A stretch of 64,000 bases of DNA from Candidatus Aenigmatarchaeota archaeon (GTDB lineage: Archaea > Aenigmatarchaeota > Aenigmatarchaeia > CG10238-14 > SpSt-28). Positions within the stretch are counted from its first letter, which is position 1. Each line of letters opens with the position of its first letter. The translations under genes and the position numbers were made by a program. Under the pieces are notes generated by a model. The model was not told the origin of the DNA. It did not search any database and saw only the letters and a list, made by a program, of their open reading frames with translations. The stretch is from assembly GCA_038733315.1 (NCBI GenBank), contig JAVYPJ010000002.1, forward strand, positions 224,051 to 288,050, given 5' to 3'. Below, piece after piece: positions 20,960 through 31,634 of this stretch.

Positions 20960-21985
20960 ATGGGAGTTAATATAAGAGAACTAGTAGAAGAAGTAAAAAA
21001 AGATATAGAGCTTAGTGAGCTGTCTAATAAAATAATAGCGATCGATGCATACAACACCCTTTATCAATTTTTATCTATAATAAGAGATAAAGATACTGGA
21101 GAACCACTAAGAGACTCAAAAGGTAGAATTACTTCACATATCTCTGGACTATTCTATAGAACAATAAATTTGTTAGAAAATGGAATTAAACCTATATATG
21201 TTTTCGATGGAGAGCCACCAAAATTTAAGTTAAAAGAGCTTGAAAGAAGACAAAAAGCTAAGGAAGAAGCTTTTAAAAAATGGCAAGAAGCTCTAGAGAG
21301 TGGCGAGGAAGCAATAACTTATGCTCAAGCTGCTAGTATATTAACAAAAGAAATGATAGAGGAATCGAAAGAGTTATTAACGTATATGGGGTTGCCGTAT
21401 ATACAAGCAAAAAGCGAGGGAGAAGCACAAGCTGCCTATTTAGTTGTTAAAGGTTTTGCTTATGCATCTGCTTCGCAAGATTATGATTCATTATTGTTTG
21501 GCTCGCATAGATTAATAAGAAATCTTAATCTTACCGGAAAAAGAAAAGTTCCAAAAAAGGAAATTTATGTCGAAATTAAGCCAGAATTAATAGAGCTAAA
21601 TCTTCTTCTTCAAAAATTTAAGATAAGTAGAGAACAGCTAATAATAATAGGAATAATAGTTGGTTGTGACTATTTTGAAGGTGTAGAGGGCTATGGAATA
21701 AAAAGAGCCTTAGATTTAATAAAAACTTTTAAAGATTTCGAAAGGATAAAAAAACATTTAAACTTGCCAGATGAAGTTGAAGAAATATACAATTTTTTTC
21801 TTAATCCGCCCATAGAAGAAAAAATAGAAATTAAATTCTTAGAAATGGATAAAGAAAAAATCATAAAATTCATGGTAGAAGAGAGGGATTTTAACGAAGA
21901 GAGAGTTATAAACGCTTTACAAAAACTTGAAGAATCTGTCAAAAAATCTAAGCAAAAGTCCTTAGCTTCTTGGTTTAAAAAATAG
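20960..21985 (+). CDS. fen: Flap endonuclease 1
   Basis: DAYNTLYQFLS, YVFDG, EGEAQ, SQDYD, C-terminal PIP box QKSLASWF. Confidence 0.97.
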   Translation: MGVNIRELVEEVKKDIELSELSNKIIAIDAYNTLYQFLSIIRDKDTGEPLRDSKGRITSHISGLFYRTINLLENGIKPIYVFDGEPPKFKLKELERRQKAKEEAFKKWQEALESGEEAITYAQAASILTKEMIEESKELLTYMGLPYIQAKSEGEAQAAYLVVKGFAYASASQDYDSLLFGSHRLIRNLNLTGKRKVPKKEIYVEIKPELIELNLLLQKFKISREQLIIIGIIVGCDYFEGVEGYGIKRALDLIKTFKDFERIKKHLNLPDEVEEIYNFFLNPPIEEKIEIKFLEMDKEKIIKFMVEERDFNEERVINALQKLEESVKKSKQKSLASWFKK

Positions 21986-22045
21986 TTTATCAATAAAGTT
22001 AAACCAAAAAGTATAAATATATATTTAATGATAAATTAATAAATT

Positions 22046-22570
22046 ATGGACGAAGAGTTTGAGTTAATGCCATCAACACCTTTAAGAAGGCTTGAGAGAA
22101 GGTTAGAGAGACTTGAGATGGAAATGAGTAAAAAAAGTGGAGAAACGTTTTTAAAAGAAATTGTTGATATCATTAAAGTTAATCAGTTGATTATAGACGA
22201 AGTTGTTAAATCCAACGAAGCTTTAAAACTAGAAATATCAAAACTTTATCCAAAATTAGATTCTTTGGTTGCTCAAATGAGTGAGTTATTGAATTTTATA
22301 AGAACATCCACCTATCAAGAAGCTATTGGCTCCGAAGCACTTAGGCCATTAATAAAGAAGTTGTCAGAAGTATCCGAAGGAATAAAAACCTTAGTAGATG
22401 TAAACAGACAAACGGCTGAACAAATAAAGAGTTTAGAAACAAAAATGGATAAAAAGTTAACTTCATTATTAACAAGCGAAGAAAAACCAAAAGTTTCTAT
22501 ACCCACAGAATTACAACAAATAAAAATACCATTACAGAAGAAAGAAACATTAATACCCTTGAACAAATAA
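22046..22570 (+). CDS. Coiled-coil hypothetical protein heading the pilus locus
   Basis: 174-aa heptad-rich ORF, 7 bp from the first pilin-like gene. Confidence 0.75.
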   Translation: MDEEFELMPSTPLRRLERRLERLEMEMSKKSGETFLKEIVDIIKVNQLIIDEVVKSNEALKLEISKLYPKLDSLVAQMSELLNFIRTSTYQEAIGSEALRPLIKKLSEVSEGIKTLVDVNRQTAEQIKSLETKMDKKLTSLLTSEEKPKVSIPTELQQIKIPLQKKETLIPLNK

Positions 22571-22577
22571 TTTATTT

Positions 22578-23141
22578 ATGAAAGGTGTTTCAGAAATAAT
22601 CTCATACATTCTTATAGTATCTCTTGTAGTTTCATTAGTGTCCTTTATCCTTTCTTGGGGATTGCCATACTTACAGAAGCAACAAGACGAAGTTAAAAAT
22701 AGTTTAATATTTAACGATTTGTTTAGCGAAAACTCTCCGAACTCTCTTGCCAATAAGCTAAGAAAAGTTATATTTTCTAAAACTACAGAAAAAGTAGGTG
22801 GATATGATGGTAATTGGAATGTTGCACAAAAAAACATAACCTTCTCTTTTATTTCAAAGGCATCTCCAGTAAACCCATCACAAGATTGGGTTAGTATATA
22901 TGGCTGCACTAAAGAAAGTTGTATTTTCCCTATGGAACCATTTTATGAAGTTAAAGTATCTTCTGAAAGAATCGATAACTATTTTTTAGTTAAATATAGA
23001 CTTGAACTAAAAAAAATTGTAATAAACGATAAAACTTACGAAATTTTATTTGAAAACTCCCTAGATTTAAATACAAAACAAATAACAATTTTTTCAAAGA
23101 TTGATGAATCGAATGGAAAAATTTTATTAGTTGTTAGATGA
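22578..23141 (+). CDS. Type IV pilin-like protein
   Basis: Class III signal MKG|VSEIISYILIV followed by a hydrophobic helix. Confidence 0.8.
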   Translation: MKGVSEIISYILIVSLVVSLVSFILSWGLPYLQKQQDEVKNSLIFNDLFSENSPNSLANKLRKVIFSKTTEKVGGYDGNWNVAQKNITFSFISKASPVNPSQDWVSIYGCTKESCIFPMEPFYEVKVSSERIDNYFLVKYRLELKKIVINDKTYEILFENSLDLNTKQITIFSKIDESNGKILLVVR

Positions 23142-23581
23142 AGTTTATTAAAACTCAAACAGAAATAGTTTCATACGTATTTTTTGTACTAATTGTAATT
23201 TCTGCCTCCTCTATCATAATTTATTATTTTTGGTCTATATCAAATAGCATTGTAAAAAATGTAAACCGAATAAATCTATACTCTATGCTAAACATTATAG
23301 AGTCCCCAATAATAGTTTTGAATTCGGTTTGCTCATTTTGTAGATTTGAATATTATTTACAAACAAATTTTATTCAGCCTCAAAGATATATATTCATAGT
23401 TATAGGAAATTCAACAACTGGCACAATAAACTATGAAGAAGTATATTCCAACTCTATAATCTCTTCAAACTTACTTAATTATACAAGTTTATTTTCAATT
23501 AACATTTCAGCATCCACATCTAAAAAAATTAATTTTGAAATCAATAGTATAGAAAAAAATATACTAATAGAAAATAGGTAG
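23138..23581 (+). CDS. Type IV pilin-like protein
   Basis: MKFIKT|QTEIVSYVFF plus hydrophobic helix; ATGA overlap. Confidence 0.7.
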   Translation: MKFIKTQTEIVSYVFFVLIVISASSIIIYYFWSISNSIVKNVNRINLYSMLNIIESPIIVLNSVCSFCRFEYYLQTNFIQPQRYIFIVIGNSTTGTINYEEVYSNSIISSNLLNYTSLFSINISASTSKKINFEINSIEKNILIENR

Positions 23582-23631
23582 AAAATTATCGTTAAGATTA
23601 ATATTAAAGTTAAACGTAATAAATTATATTT

Positions 23632-25323
23632 ATGGTAATAGGGAAAAAGTTATTGCAAGGCGCAAAAATGTACCTTCTCGCCCAAACACCACAATTATAT
23701 GCTAAAATGCAAGCGAAAATAAAAGCTAAATTAAAAACAAAAGATACATTAAGAAAAAAACTTAAAATTCATGCAGAAGAAATTAAACTAACTAGATTAA
23801 CAAAACTATACCCTGGAATAGAAATACCATATTTTTTATCAGAATATTTTGAAGAGGAATTTAAAAAAGAAGCAGGAATAGAAGAGTATCCAATTGTAGT
23901 AAAAGACGGTAAACCAATAGTTATAGCAAGAATAACTTTTGAAAATAGAAAATATATTTATAACGTTATAGAGCCAGAAATTAACGATAAACTAAAGCAA
24001 ATATTAAAGGAATTAAAAGACAAAATTTTTTTGTTACTCGGCGAAAAGTTTGAAATGCCATATGAGCACGAAATTAAAGAGCTTTTTGATAGATTAATAA
24101 AAAACTATATTCTATCCAAAGACGATATCGAAACCCTATGGTATTATATAGAGAGAGATCTAATTGGCTATGGCGTAATAGATGCACTAATGAAAGATCC
24201 CAATATAGAAGACATAAGCTGCGATGGGATTTCTATACCGATTTTCATAGTTCATAAAAATCCGAAACTAGGAAGCATACAAACTAATATAATAATCAAT
24301 AGCAGAGAAGAGTTAGATTCTTTGGTTATAAGATTATCTCAAAAATGTGGTAAAACTATAAATTTAGCTCAGCCATTAGTAGATGGAATATTACCAGATG
24401 GAAGCAGACTACAAGCTACCTTAGAAACTGATATTTCTATAAGGGGATCTAACTTTACAATAAGAAAATTTCCAAAAAAAGTTCTAACCCCAATAGATTT
24501 GTTGAAATCGAGAACAATAGATATTCTATCCCTTTCTTTTCTTTGGTTTTGCTTAGATTATGGAAGAAATATTCTGATTTCGGGAGGAACTGGAACCGGA
24601 AAAACAACATTGCTTAATGTTATTTCTTCGTTCATAAAACATGAAAAGAAAATAGTTTCTATTGAAGATACTCCAGAAATTAAATTACCACATACTCATT
24701 GGGTTCAACAAGTATCAAGAGTTCCTGTATCTACTGGAAAAGAGGGTGAAGTCGACTTATTCGAATTATTAAGAGCTGCATTAAGACAAAGACCAGATTA
24801 TATAATTGTAGGCGAAGTAAGAGGCGCAGAAGCGAGTATTTTGTTCCAAGGAATGGCAACAGGCCATACTGGATTAGCAACAATCCATGCTGAGGATATG
24901 ATAAAACTGATAGATAGATTAAAAACTAAGCCAATAGAATTAAGCCCATCTTTAATAGAAATCCTAGATTTAGTAGTTTTTGTAAGAAGAATTTATTATA
25001 AAGATAGGATAGTAAGAAAAGTCTCTAACATTACAGAAATTTTAGCTGCAGATGAAAAAAAAGTGTATTATAGAGATGTAATAAAATGGGATCCTTTTGA
25101 CGATAGATTTAAACCAGTTTCAAAAAGCTTTGCTTTATATAAAATTTCTGAAAATTTTGGGCTTAATGAGAATGAAATAAAGGAAGAAATTATAAAAAGA
25201 TGTAAAGTCTTGGAGTTTATGTATAAATACGATATAAGAGATTTGGATAGTTTTTATAGAATAGTTACCCTATATCATCTAGATAAAGACGCGCTTTTGG
25301 AATACATTTCTCAATTTACATGA
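23632..25323 (+). CDS. Type IV pilus assembly ATPase (PilB/ArlI/VirB11 family)
   Basis: DPNIEDISCDG, FTIRKF, GGTGTGKT, IEDTPE, LRQRPDYIIVGEVRG, TGH..TIHA. Confidence 0.95.
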   Translation: MVIGKKLLQGAKMYLLAQTPQLYAKMQAKIKAKLKTKDTLRKKLKIHAEEIKLTRLTKLYPGIEIPYFLSEYFEEEFKKEAGIEEYPIVVKDGKPIVIARITFENRKYIYNVIEPEINDKLKQILKELKDKIFLLLGEKFEMPYEHEIKELFDRLIKNYILSKDDIETLWYYIERDLIGYGVIDALMKDPNIEDISCDGISIPIFIVHKNPKLGSIQTNIIINSREELDSLVIRLSQKCGKTINLAQPLVDGILPDGSRLQATLETDISIRGSNFTIRKFPKKVLTPIDLLKSRTIDILSLSFLWFCLDYGRNILISGGTGTGKTTLLNVISSFIKHEKKIVSIEDTPEIKLPHTHWVQQVSRVPVSTGKEGEVDLFELLRAALRQRPDYIIVGEVRGAEASILFQGMATGHTGLATIHAEDMIKLIDRLKTKPIELSPSLIEILDLVVFVRRIYYKDRIVRKVSNITEILAADEKKVYYRDVIKWDPFDDRFKPVSKSFALYKISENFGLNENEIKEEIIKRCKVLEFMYKYDIRDLDSFYRIVTLYHLDKDALLEYISQFT

Positions 25324-26180
25324 TTAAGCAATCCGCAGTTTTTTTTATAGAAGCTTATCCCGGAATAGTTAATTTTATAAAGAATTTTTTTGAAGATTTG
25401 CCAAGAGAGTTAAAAGTTCTAAAGTATAAAGACTCTCCAGAAGTTTACATCGCTCAAGGAATTTTGCTCTCTTTTTTAACATTTTCTTTTTCCTTAGTAT
25501 TTCTAACTATAATAATTTCAGTACTTTCTAAAAACGTTGTGCTTTCTGTATCTTTATCTTTTTTAGCATCATCTCTAATTTCTTTTTCTATGTTTATATT
25601 TTATCTTAGGTTTCCTTCGATGAGAATAAAAAGTTTAGCAATAGGAATTGATAGGGAGCTTCATGAATCCTTATATACTTTTAGTATATTTGTTAACGAT
25701 AAAACACCATTACAAATATCTATAAACAATTTCGTAAAGAGTAATCCGCAATATAAATTATCTAAGGAATTGAATGATATACTAAAACTTATGGATTTCG
25801 GTGGTTTAGATATATTATCAGCTATAGATAAAAAAATTGAAATGTCTGCATCTTCTAAGCTCTCAAAATTTCTTTTTGGACTATCCACAACAATAAAAGG
25901 CGGTGGAAGTATAAAATCTTATGTATCAAATTTTGCTACAGAAGAGATAGAAGAATATAGAAACAAAATAAGAGAGGCTGGTAGAAAAATGGGCATGATT
26001 ATGCAAATATATTTAATTGTTTTAGTTCTTGGTGGAATGTTTATAAATATAATAATTTCCATCTTTTCACTTTTACAGCCGATGGAAGGAGTTGTAGAAA
26101 TACAGTTTTTTATGGGGTTTGTATTAATACCACTAATTTCTATAATGATAGCACAAATAATTAAAACTACTTTGGCATGA
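25320..26180 (+). CDS. Pilus membrane platform protein (TadC/ArlJ-like, T2SS F domain)
   Basis: Multi-TM, follows the ATPase, T2SSF-like cytoplasmic region. Confidence 0.85.
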   Translation: MIKQSAVFFIEAYPGIVNFIKNFFEDLPRELKVLKYKDSPEVYIAQGILLSFLTFSFSLVFLTIIISVLSKNVVLSVSLSFLASSLISFSMFIFYLRFPSMRIKSLAIGIDRELHESLYTFSIFVNDKTPLQISINNFVKSNPQYKLSKELNDILKLMDFGGLDILSAIDKKIEMSASSKLSKFLFGLSTTIKGGGSIKSYVSNFATEEIEEYRNKIREAGRKMGMIMQIYLIVLVLGGMFINIIISIFSLLQPMEGVVEIQFFMGFVLIPLISIMIAQIIKTTLA

Positions 26181-27082
26181 TGCAAAAAACTCTAAAAATT
26201 ACAATCCCAGCATCTATATTGGTAGCAATAATTATATTTTTCATAGATTTGACCTCATTAATTCCTGTTTTTTTGATGATAATTTTTATTCATATAGGAA
26301 TTTTTGGATATGAAATGTTAAAAAAAGAGCTTGAAATATCTTTATCTGATAGATATTTTTTGGTTTTTTTAAAGAATCTTTCAAGAAGCGTAGAAGTTGG
26401 AATTGCACCTATAAAAGCTTTAATAGAAATAAGCAAAGAGAAATATGGAGAAATAACTAAACATTTCAGAGTATTTAAAAGAAAATTGGAAGCTGGTATA
26501 GATATAGATAGCGCCTTCGAATATCTAATGAATACATTTAAAAGAAACAGAAAGATATTTAACTCATTAAGAATTTTAAATTTTGAGCTTAAAAGTGGGT
26601 ATGCAATAAAAGATGCTATAGATTCTCTCTATGAATACATAATAAAAATAGGAGAAGTAGAAAGAGAGAAAAAATCTGTTATTTCTCAGTTCACAGTTAT
26701 GTTTTATGCTGTATCGATTATTTTTGCAGTAATAATTCTTATTTTAGTTAGAGTGTTGGCTCCGGTATATTCACAATTAGTTACAACAAGTCAAAATGTT
26801 CAGCCAATATGTTTAGATCTTGGAGTAATATATTCGTTTAGAGATCTTATATGCAAAATGTATCTTTCAGAAGCTTATATATTTAAAAAAGATTTTAAAG
26901 AAACAGAGGCTTACATGTTTTCTGTCTTGTTTAACATTTCAATTCTGCAAGCAATATTCTCTGGAATAATAATAGGATATGGCGCTGAAAAAAGCATAGC
27001 TAAAAGTTTAATACATGCTGCAATACTTTTTATAATAATATTTTCTTTGTTTTTTATTTCTGGAAAATTAGGATTATTATGA
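26177..27082 (+). CDS. Second pilus membrane platform protein (TadC-like)
   Basis: FLKNLSRSVEVG, YGEIT, QAIFSGIIIG. Confidence 0.85.
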   Translation: MMQKTLKITIPASILVAIIIFFIDLTSLIPVFLMIIFIHIGIFGYEMLKKELEISLSDRYFLVFLKNLSRSVEVGIAPIKALIEISKEKYGEITKHFRVFKRKLEAGIDIDSAFEYLMNTFKRNRKIFNSLRILNFELKSGYAIKDAIDSLYEYIIKIGEVEREKKSVISQFTVMFYAVSIIFAVIILILVRVLAPVYSQLVTTSQNVQPICLDLGVIYSFRDLICKMYLSEAYIFKKDFKETEAYMFSVLFNISILQAIFSGIIIGYGAEKSIAKSLIHAAILFIIIFSLFFISGKLGLL

Positions 27083-27513
27083 AAGCTCAATCTTTTTTAG
27101 ACTACTTAGTATCCCTATCTACTTTTATAATAGTTCTCTTTAGCGTGATTTTTTTCTCACTCTCAACAATATTTAATTATGTAGATGCTTTTTCTAACGA
27201 GGTATCTAAAACTCGCGCGCTAGTAATCTCTCAACAGTTAATATACTATAATGGCCATTGGAATACTAGCGGAATTATAGGGCTTAACAACGGAACCTAT
27301 AACGAAATAAATCATTCCAAATTTTTAAACTTTATAAATTTTTGTAATAATGATGCAAATAAAAAAACTCTTAAAGATCTTTTCATCTCTAAGGATTTTT
27401 TTGTAGGGATAGAAAATATGAATTGTTCATCTCAACCAAATGTGCAGAAAATAAAAAGAGTTGTTGTTCTAAACAATCAAATAAAAATTTTCGAGCTTGG
27501 TATATCGATATGA
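27079..27513 (+). CDS. Type IV pilin-like protein
   Basis: MKA|QSFLDYLVS plus hydrophobic helix. Confidence 0.8.
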   Translation: MKAQSFLDYLVSLSTFIIVLFSVIFFSLSTIFNYVDAFSNEVSKTRALVISQQLIYYNGHWNTSGIIGLNNGTYNEINHSKFLNFINFCNNDANKKTLKDLFISKDFFVGIENMNCSSQPNVQKIKRVVVLNNQIKIFELGISI

Positions 27514-28535
27514 AGCTGCAGTTTTCTACAAACGATGCAATAATTGCAGTTTCAATACTTATAATTTTCTTTATAGTTTTGCAATTTTCTATGCCAAAAG
27601 TAATGTTTAGCGAAGATAAATATATAAAAATTATATCTTATGATATTCTTTTTGCTATCGATAAAACACTTAAAATAAACGCTTCATATATAAACGCAAC
27701 GAGTGAAAACAATATAAGAAATAGTATTTCAGAAATATTACTAAACTACTTAGGAATAATTCCACTATACTTTCTAGATGATTATGGAGCGTGGAAAAGA
27801 GAAATTAATGTATCCTGTTTTTGTAATGAAAATTTTATTCTTACTTTAAACAATCTTTTTAAGAATGTTAATATTAACGGAAGAACTATTAGAATAAACG
27901 TATTTTTTTCCAACTTCTCAGACATTTCAAGATATAGCAATGGATTTATAATATATGGTTGTCATAATCTTGAAGAAAACTCCAGTTGGATTTTAAATCA
28001 ATTGACCTATAATGGAATTCTATTCATATGTGATATAAATTCTAGCTATTATGAAGCTCAAAAAGGTGTTTTGAAAGACATATTTAATTTAACTAATTTA
28101 ACTTCCCCCCAAGATCAAACCACAACTCTAATAAAACCATCCAGCGGAAATCTTGCAAGCTATAGAGCATATAAAATCCTTAAAAACCAATTCGGCTTTT
28201 CAGATAATCTAAATTTACAATTATTAACTAGAGATATTTGTGTTGCTCCATTAAGCAAAGATGAATATTTATTTAAGCACCAAAATTCAGATATAGCAGC
28301 TATTACTATGAGATATTTCGGTAAGAATATAGTTGCTTGGTCGGTAGATTTTTATAGAGATGGAGAATTAAATGAAACTGAACAAAAAATTTTGTTATCT
28401 TTAATTTTATCTGTCGTTTCTTATAAAGATCCGCTTATTGATGAAAAATTTAGAAAAAATCTAATACCTTATGTAACCTATCATTACGTAAATTTTTTAG
28501 AACCCTTTGTACTATATTTTAGCATAGCTTCCTAA
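27510..28535 (+). CDS. Large minor-pilin-like protein (start corrected to 27510)
   Basis: MKL|QFSTNDAIIAV plus hydrophobic helix; ATGA overlap with the previous stop; many N-x-S/T sequons. Confidence 0.72.
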   Translation: MKLQFSTNDAIIAVSILIIFFIVLQFSMPKVMFSEDKYIKIISYDILFAIDKTLKINASYINATSENNIRNSISEILLNYLGIIPLYFLDDYGAWKREINVSCFCNENFILTLNNLFKNVNINGRTIRINVFFSNFSDISRYSNGFIIYGCHNLEENSSWILNQLTYNGILFICDINSSYYEAQKGVLKDIFNLTNLTSPQDQTTTLIKPSSGNLASYRAYKILKNQFGFSDNLNLQLLTRDICVAPLSKDEYLFKHQNSDIAAITMRYFGKNIVAWSVDFYRDGELNETEQKILLSLILSVVSYKDPLIDEKFRKNLIPYVTYHYVNFLEPFVLYFSIAS

Positions 28536-30397
28536 ATTAATCTTAAGGTTTCTAAATTTCTGGGAGCATAGCTCTCTATATTAAAAAGCTTTTGATATGT
28601 ATTTGCTAAACTAATTGTTTTTGACTCTTCGCCATGAACAACAAAAATTCTTTTTGGTTTTGAAGGTAAGTTATTTACATATGCAATTAATTGCCTTCTA
28701 TCTGAATGACCACTCAAACCTTTAATATATTTAATCTTGGCATTTATTTTAAATTCCCTTATTTTTCCATCATCCTCTAATTGAACTTCCCTCGCTCCAT
28801 CTAAAATTTTTCTTCCTAGAGTTCCTTGAGCTTGGAAACCAACGAAAATTAGTGAGTTTCTTTCATCCTCACAAATTTTCTTAAAATATTCTATCGCTGG
28901 CCCACCAGTTAACATACCGCTAGTTGAAATTATTACACAAGGTCTCTCTTCTAAAACCTTTTCTCTTTCGGATTTAGTAGAAACTCTTTTAAAAATTTCC
29001 TTGTTGAATATTTTATCGCTTATAACTAATTTTCTTCCATGTTTTCCTAGATATTCTGGGTAAACTGTATATATACTTGTAGCATCCCAAATCATACCAT
29101 CTATAAAAACTGGGTGCTCAAAATTTTCTCTAGCTAATATTGCCATAATATCTTGTGCTCTTTCAACAGAAAAGCTAGGTATTAAAACTATTCCATTGTT
29201 ATTTATAGTCTCATTTATAGCATCTATAAGCTCTTTTTCACTGTCTTTTCTCTTTGGCATTTTATCATCCTTAGAACCATAAGTAGACTCTATTATTAAG
29301 GTTTCTATTCTTTTAAAATCTTTAAATGCCGGATCTAATAAAGTAGTTCTTTCAAACTTTTGATCCAATGCATATACAATATTATATAATCCATCCCCTA
29401 TATGCAAATGAATTAAAGAAGATCCTATAATATGGCCAGCGTTTTGCAAAGTAAGCTTAGTATCGCTAGTTATATCTGTAACTTGATTGTATTCTAGTGT
29501 TATTACTCTTTTTAAACTTTCTTTTAAACCCTTAACGCTAAAAAACGGATTTACAGAATTTTTTTGCATTACATCAATAAAATCGGTAATTAGTAATGTA
29601 TAAATATCTAGCGTCGGTTCACTCATATAAATAGGAGCGTCTAATCCTAGCTCATATAAATACGGAACAAAGCCAACATGATCTAAATGGGCGTGCGAAA
29701 GAATAACAGCATCTATTGATGATAAATCAAACTCTTTTATTCTTAATATAGGAAAACCGCTCTCATTATAAATTCCCGCCTTTATTCCACAATCAACTAT
29801 TAAATTAGATTCTGGTGTTTCGATAAGCAAACAACTCCTACCAACTTCTCTTGCTCCACCTAAGAAAGTTGCCCTAATCCAATTTTTTTTAGTTTCTTTT
29901 ATTTCAACAATTTTTTCGCCTATTTTTTGCAAAAAGTTCTTTCTAAACTTTTCCTCTTCGTGAATAAACTTCCTAACATTTGGAATTAGTGAAGAAGGTA
30001 TAGAAGGTACCCTTTCTACAATTGGCGTCCATAGAGTCTCTTCCTTAATTTTTTTAGTATTTTCTGCGTTTTTACCTATTGCTAATGAGCTATTTTCTAC
30101 CTCTATAAAAACTAAGCTTCGACTTTCTTCAAAAACAATATCTTTCAGATTACTTTCTTTTGGTATTACATTCTTTATAAATTCCGATGTATAATTCTTA
30201 TCTTTACATAAAGATGGATGCATCCTTACTTCTATCCTTCTTTTTAATTCAGAAATAAGATCCTTTATATATTCAAAGGAATTTTTGAAGAATTCCTCAT
30301 TAGTTGTATAGATAACTATTTCTGCTCCTTCAAAAGCTATTTCTTTTACGAACCCCTTAGGTAATCTACCCTTTATTTTTTCCTCTATTTCATTCAT
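28532..30397 (-). CDS. fttA: KH-domain beta-CASP ribonuclease aCPSF1 (transcription termination factor FttA)
   Basis: KH domains, GGAREVGRS, SHAHLDH, AGHIIGS, ESTYG, SGHSDR, VHGE. Confidence 0.95.
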   Translation of the reverse strand: MNEIEEKIKGRLPKGFVKEIAFEGAEIVIYTTNEEFFKNSFEYIKDLISELKRRIEVRMHPSLCKDKNYTSEFIKNVIPKESNLKDIVFEESRSLVFIEVENSSLAIGKNAENTKKIKEETLWTPIVERVPSIPSSLIPNVRKFIHEEEKFRKNFLQKIGEKIVEIKETKKNWIRATFLGGAREVGRSCLLIETPESNLIVDCGIKAGIYNESGFPILRIKEFDLSSIDAVILSHAHLDHVGFVPYLYELGLDAPIYMSEPTLDIYTLLITDFIDVMQKNSVNPFFSVKGLKESLKRVITLEYNQVTDITSDTKLTLQNAGHIIGSSLIHLHIGDGLYNIVYALDQKFERTTLLDPAFKDFKRIETLIIESTYGSKDDKMPKRKDSEKELIDAINETINNNGIVLIPSFSVERAQDIMAILARENFEHPVFIDGMIWDATSIYTVYPEYLGKHGRKLVISDKIFNKEIFKRVSTKSEREKVLEERPCVIISTSGMLTGGPAIEYFKKICEDERNSLIFVGFQAQGTLGRKILDGAREVQLEDDGKIREFKINAKIKYIKGLSGHSDRRQLIAYVNNLPSKPKRIFVVHGEESKTISLANTYQKLFNIESYAPRNLETLRLI

Positions 30398-30412
30398 AAT
30401 TTTGAAGAAAGA

Positions 30413-31027
30413 TTAGATTTTTACAGTTTCTATAGTTACGCCCTTATCTGTAATTATAGCAATATCTATACCCTTACCGCCAGAACCAATATCCCTCTCT
30501 ACAGCAGCTTTAATGGCTTTTATCGCAATCTCTTTGGCTTCATTTATATCTATCCCATCTTTGTACAAAGCTTCTAAAACTCCTAAAGCTATAGGACTTC
30601 CACTGCCTGTTGCAAAGAACTTTTTTTCTTCTTCCATTCCGCCAAGCATATCGAAAGAATACATTTTAAATCCTTCGTATTCATCATATCCAGCAATTAG
30701 TATTTGAACGTAAAATGGATAAAATCTGTAGGCATTTAATATATTAGATAATAATCCAGCTACTGCCTTTACAGAAATACTCCTATTATTTTGTATTTCA
30801 AAAAGCTTTATTTCAGCTCTAAGCCATCTTGCTAAGGTCAAATTATCCCCAACGCTACCAGCGGTTGTCATAACGATTTTATCACTTAATTTTACTATTT
30901 TTTCAGTTTCTTTACTAGCTACTAAATATCCCATTGTAGATTTTTTTTCAGCAGCAATTATTATTCCATTTTTTGCTATTATTCCTAAGGTTGTTGTTCC
31001 AGTTTTTAATTTTTCAGAAATCTCCAT
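30413..31027 (-). CDS. psmB: Proteasome subunit beta
   Basis: Propeptide ..KTG|TTT, AGSVGD, TGSGS; conserved linkage to aCPSF1. Confidence 0.96.
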   Translation of the reverse strand: MEISEKLKTGTTTLGIIAKNGIIIAAEKKSTMGYLVASKETEKIVKLSDKIVMTTAGSVGDNLTLARWLRAEIKLFEIQNNRSISVKAVAGLLSNILNAYRFYPFYVQILIAGYDEYEGFKMYSFDMLGGMEEEKKFFATGSGSPIALGVLEALYKDGIDINEAKEIAIKAIKAAVERDIGSGGKGIDIAIITDKGVTIETVKI

Positions 31028-31090
31028 TATTATTTATTTAAAAAAGTATTTAAATACTTTTTTAGATTTATTAAATTTATTTATAAAAAA

Positions 31091-31588
31091 ATGCTCTATA
31101 AAATAGAAAGCAAAAAACTGCTACCAAAAAAAGTAGTTTTTACAAAAGGATATGGCTTCGATAAATATAAACTTATTTCTTTTGAAAAAGCTCTTAGAAG
31201 TGCGGGAATAGAAAGATTTAACCTAGTTAAAGTTTCTAGCATACTCCCAAAAAGAATAAAAATTGGCGGCATAAAAGATCTTGAAAAAATAGAGGATGGA
31301 GAAATTGTATTTGGAGTTATAGCAATAAACTACTCTAAAAAAGATTTTTTCGGAAGCTCTATAGGATATGTATTTCCAAAAAACAAAAACATCCATGGAT
31401 ATTTAACTGAATATGAGTTTAATTCGAAAAAAGATTTATCAAGCGAAGCCGAAAAAATTGCAATTAAACTATTTAAATCAAAATTTCCAGAAGAAGAAAT
31501 AGAGAGTAGTGGATATTTTGGAATATTTAAAAAACCTAAGAAAAATTATTATAATTGTTGTGTGTCCGCTGCTATATTTATAATGTAA
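31091..31588 (+). CDS. pdaD: Pyruvoyl-dependent arginine decarboxylase
   Basis: SFEKALRSAGIERFNLVKVS|SILP, GYLTE. Confidence 0.88.
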   Translation: MLYKIESKKLLPKKVVFTKGYGFDKYKLISFEKALRSAGIERFNLVKVSSILPKRIKIGGIKDLEKIEDGEIVFGVIAINYSKKDFFGSSIGYVFPKNKNIHGYLTEYEFNSKKDLSSEAEKIAIKLFKSKFPEEEIESSGYFGIFKKPKKNYYNCCVSAAIFIM

Positions 31589-31634
31589 TCTATTGTCTAA
31601 ATTATATTTATTAACTAAAACGAATAGAAATGTA

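Noticed and set aside
27423..27509. Upstream start of the 370-aa ORF
   Set aside because: Overlaps the previous pilin; ATG 27510 gives a class III-like signal and ATGA coupling
22578..28535. Archaellum operon
   Set aside because: No archaellin, ArlH or ArlF/G motifs; two TadC-like genes fit a pilus better
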